A stretch of DNA of 64,000 nucleotides from the NCBI GenBank assembly GCA_963761305.1, contig CAVXGK010000002.1, positions 1,728,001 to 1,792,000 of the forward strand, read 5' to 3'. Every line of letters starts with the position of its first letter. Position 1 is the first letter of the stretch. This document shows, one piece after another, positions 61,406 through 64,000 of this stretch. A model generated the notes under the pieces. That model was not told the DNA's origin and made no database searches. It saw only the letters and a list, made by a program, of their open reading frames with translations. Source of the stretch: an uncultured Gemmatimonadaceae bacterium (GTDB taxonomy: Bacteria; Gemmatimonadota; Gemmatimonadetes; Gemmatimonadales; Gemmatimonadaceae). A program made the position numbers and the translations under genes.

Positions 61406-62533
61406 TCAGCGCGTGGCGGCGGGCACGCTCCCGCTGACACGTTCCGCGATGCGTCCGGCAATCGAGGCGAGCGCGCGGGCCGCGGACGACTCGGGCTCGG
61501 CGACGACGATCGGCGCGCCGCGGTCGCCGCCTTCCATTACGCGCTGGTAGAGCGGAATCTGTCCGAGCAGCGGCAGCTCGAGCTCCTTGGCGAGCCGCTC
61601 GCCGCCCCCGCTCCCGAAGAGCGGCGACGGCTTGCCACAGTGAGGGCACTCGAACCAGCTCATGTTCTCGACGATGCCGACGATCGGTACCGTCACGCGC
61701 TCGAACATCTTTACGCCGCGCAGCGCGTCGCCGACCGACACTTCCTGCGGCGTCGTCACGATCACCGCACCGTGCACTTGCGTCGCCTGCACGAGCGTCA
61801 GCTGCGCGTCGCCGGTACCGGGCGGCAAGTCGACGATGAAGTAATCGAGCGTGCCCCACGCGACGTCGCGTAGAAACTGGGTGATGATCTTCATGATGAT
61901 CGGGCCGCGCCAGATCGCCGGTTGATCCCGATCGATGAGAAATCCGATGCTGATGACCTTCACGCCGTGCGCCTCGAGCGGAATGATCCGCTCTTGAATC
62001 ACCATCGGCGGCTCGTTCACTCCCATCATCAGCGGGATGTTCGGGCCGTAGATGTCGGCGTCCATGAGACCCACGCGCGCGCCCTGCTGCGCGAGCGCCA
62101 CCGCGAGATTCACCGCGACGGTCGATTTCCCGACGCCGCCCTTTCCGCTCGAGATCGCGATGACTTTCCCGAGGTTCGGATAGGCGACTGGCGTCGGCGC
62201 GGGGACGCGCGGCTGTGCGGGACGGTCGTCCATCACCGGCAGCGAACGACCCGCCGGTTTCGGCGGCGGTGGCGGCGCGGACTTCGCCGATGCGACGTCC
62301 ACCGTCACATCCGAAACACCGTCGAGCTGTTCGATCGTCTGGCGTATCACGCGCGCCAGTGCGGGATCGTCGCCGGGCGCGAGCTGCAAGGTGAGGCGGA
62401 CCTTGCCGGACGTCGTCGTCGCGATGTCGCGCACAATGTCGCTTTCTATCACGTCTCGGCCGGTGCGCGGGTGTCGCACGCGAGCGAGCGCGGCGGCGAT
62501 GCGGGCTTGAAGAGGGGGAGGAGGCGTTGCCAT
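61406..62533 (-). CDS. Mrp/ApbC Fe-S cluster carrier ATPase
   Basis: ATG 62533; SGKGGVGKST, DADIYGP, WRGP, DLPPGTGD, ENMS..CPHC. Confidence 0.93.
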   Translation of the reverse strand: MATPPPPLQARIAAALARVRHPRTGRDVIESDIVRDIATTTSGKVRLTLQLAPGDDPALARVIRQTIEQLDGVSDVTVDVASAKSAPPPPPKPAGRSLPVMDDRPAQPRVPAPTPVAYPNLGKVIAISSGKGGVGKSTVAVNLAVALAQQGARVGLMDADIYGPNIPLMMGVNEPPMVIQERIIPLEAHGVKVISIGFLIDRDQPAIWRGPIIMKIITQFLRDVAWGTLDYFIVDLPPGTGDAQLTLVQATQVHGAVIVTTPQEVSVGDALRGVKMFERVTVPIVGIVENMSWFECPHCGKPSPLFGSGGGERLAKELELPLLGQIPLYQRVMEGGDRGAPIVVAEPESSAARALASIAGRIAERVSGSVPAATR

Positions 62534-62553
62534 GCCCTCAAACCTACGGCTCC

Positions 62554-63618
62554 TTACGTGGCCGCGCGCGCGTCCGGAGTCGTCGCGCTCGAAAGCGGCG
62601 GCAAGTAGCGTCGCGCCGCCGCGATGACGCGTTCCCGCACGTCGTCCAGAGAGCCCGAGATGAGAGCGCCGGCGGCCTTCGCGTGCCCACCGCCGCCGAA
62701 TTGCCGCGCAAATGCGTTGACGTCCACTTCTCCCGTGCTTCGAAACGAGACTTTGACCTTTCCGTACCCGAGGTCGCGGAAGAAGAGCGCCAGGCGCGTT
62801 CCGTCGATGGACCGTGCGTACTCGACGATCCCGTCGAGGTCTTCCTGTCGGACGCCGAACTTCTCCAGTGTGCCGGCGTTCATCGACAGCCAGGAAATGC
62901 CGCGCTGGTCGTCGACGCCGAGTGAATCGAGGACCTCGCCGAGCAGGCGGACGCGTCCGGGCGGCGCCGACGCGTAGATCCGGAGATACATCTCTTCCGG
63001 GCCGACGCCGGCGTTCAGCAGATCGGCGGCGATCGCGTGACACCGCGGCGTCGTATTGCTGAAGCGGAAGCCGCCGGTATCGGTCAGGATCGCCGTATAG
63101 AGAGCGCGCGCGACCGCAGGGGTGATCTCGAGATCGAGCACGCACGCGAGATCGTAGACGAGCTCGCCCGTCGCGCACGCGGCGACGTCGGTGAAGACGA
63201 TGTCGCCCGCGGGATCGTCCGACGCGATGTGGTGATCGATGACCAGCTTCGGCACGCGCAGCTTGCGCACCGCTTCGGCGAGCGATCCCAAGCGCTTGAC
63301 GTCGCTGATGTCGAGCACGACGAGCACGTCGATGCCCTCGAGCGCCGCGGCGCCGCGCGGGCTCGCATCGCGCACGCCACCGTCGAGCAGGAATGAGAAC
63401 AGGTCCGGCCACGGCGTCGGGTTGACGATTCGAACGTCGAGGCCGCGGGCGGTGAGCAGGCGGGCGAGGGCCGATTCAGAACCGCAGCCGTCGCCGTCGG
63501 CGTTCATGTGAGTCGAAAGCGCGACGCGCCGGCCCGGCACGAGCTCGCGCCCGAGGGCTTCGATGGCCGAGCGACGCCACTCCGGAATCGTGAGGTACTC
63601 TTGGGCGGTGTGCGACAC
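62554..63618 (-). CDS. nrnA: DHH/DHHA1 phosphoesterase (NrnA oligoribonuclease / pAp phosphatase)
   Basis: HMNADGD, IDHH, TDTGGF, SFRS, GGGHAKAAG. Confidence 0.88.
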   Translation of the reverse strand: MSHTAQEYLTIPEWRRSAIEALGRELVPGRRVALSTHMNADGDGCGSESALARLLTARGLDVRIVNPTPWPDLFSFLLDGGVRDASPRGAAALEGIDVLVVLDISDVKRLGSLAEAVRKLRVPKLVIDHHIASDDPAGDIVFTDVAACATGELVYDLACVLDLEITPAVARALYTAILTDTGGFRFSNTTPRCHAIAADLLNAGVGPEEMYLRIYASAPPGRVRLLGEVLDSLGVDDQRGISWLSMNAGTLEKFGVRQEDLDGIVEYARSIDGTRLALFFRDLGYGKVKVSFRSTGEVDVNAFARQFGGGGHAKAAGALISGSLDDVRERVIAAARRYLPPLSSATTPDARAAT

Positions 63619-63639
63619 GTCGTGCTGGTTGCTCCCCCG

Positions 63640-63675
63640 AAAATGAAACGGCGCCGTGACTCGGGCGCCGTTTCA
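63640..63675 (-). terminator. Probable intrinsic terminator after the amino-acid permease gene
   Basis: 12-bp stem TGAAACGGCGCC / GGCGCCGTTTCA followed by TTTT on the - strand. Confidence 0.65.
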
Positions 63676-63702
63676 AAGCTAACGTGATCCAGCCCCGCGG
63701 CG

Positions 63703-64000
63703 TCAGTCGCCCGCGGCTTCCACCGGCTGCGAGCCGACGCGCGAGTGGCTCATGCTGTAGAAGAAATAGATGAAGAGACCGATCACCATCCACACAACCA
63801 GGCGCAGCCACGTGTCCGCGGGAAGGCTGTACATCATGTACGCGCAGATGGCGATGCCCAGAATGGGAACGAGCGGCACCATTGGCGTCCGGAACGGACG
63901 TGGAAGGTTGGGACGCTGGTATCGCAGCACCATGATGCCGAAGCAAACGATGACGAAGGCCAGCAGCGTGCCGATCGAGACGAGCTGTCCCAGCAGGTCG
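63703..64000 (-). CDS. APC-family amino acid permease, C-terminal part (runs off the window edge)
   Basis: LVSIGTLLAF, LRYQRPNLPRPFRTPMVP, TWLRLVVWM. Confidence 0.85.
   Translation of the reverse strand, partial: DLLGQLVSIGTLLAFVIVCFGIMVLRYQRPNLPRPFRTPMVPLVPILGIAICAYMMYSLPADTWLRLVVWMVIGLFIYFFYSMSHSRVGSQPVEAAGD

Overview
A 64-kb, very GC-rich, gene-dense bacterial chromosome segment. Gene content and style suggest a Gram-negative organism, plausibly Gemmatimonadota (inference only). Most of it is core genome: a phosphate block (udk-phoB/phoR-like-ppx, ppk1, PiT/DUF47), dnaK and degP, tRNA-Leu(TAG), tig-clpP-clpX-lon-engB, trpE, LPS genes, maf/dtd, glmS and a phosphohexomutase, purD-mutM, a futalosine-type menaquinone block, an ECF sigma/anti-sigma locus, Mrp and NrnA. 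Highlights: (1) a five-gene non-canonical chaperone-usher-like surface-fibre operon (14572-19856) with three paralogous pilin-like subunits, a chaperone-like protein and an unusual Ig/beta-rich/SdrD-B-like usher candidate; the operon is bracketed by twin hairpins and the usher candidate's signal peptide is out of frame at a 9-bp tandem repeat; (2) an orphan GspE/PilB ATPase fused in frame to a NUDIX hydrolase that appears to keep its own promoter; (3) recurring cis-motifs read directly from the DNA: Pho-box-like 11-bp repeats, SigW-like ECF promoters and TAnnnT boxes 5-7 nt before start codons (leaderless-type). No CRISPR array, rRNA, integrase or transposase was seen. All calls come from motif recognition by eye; no database searches were run.
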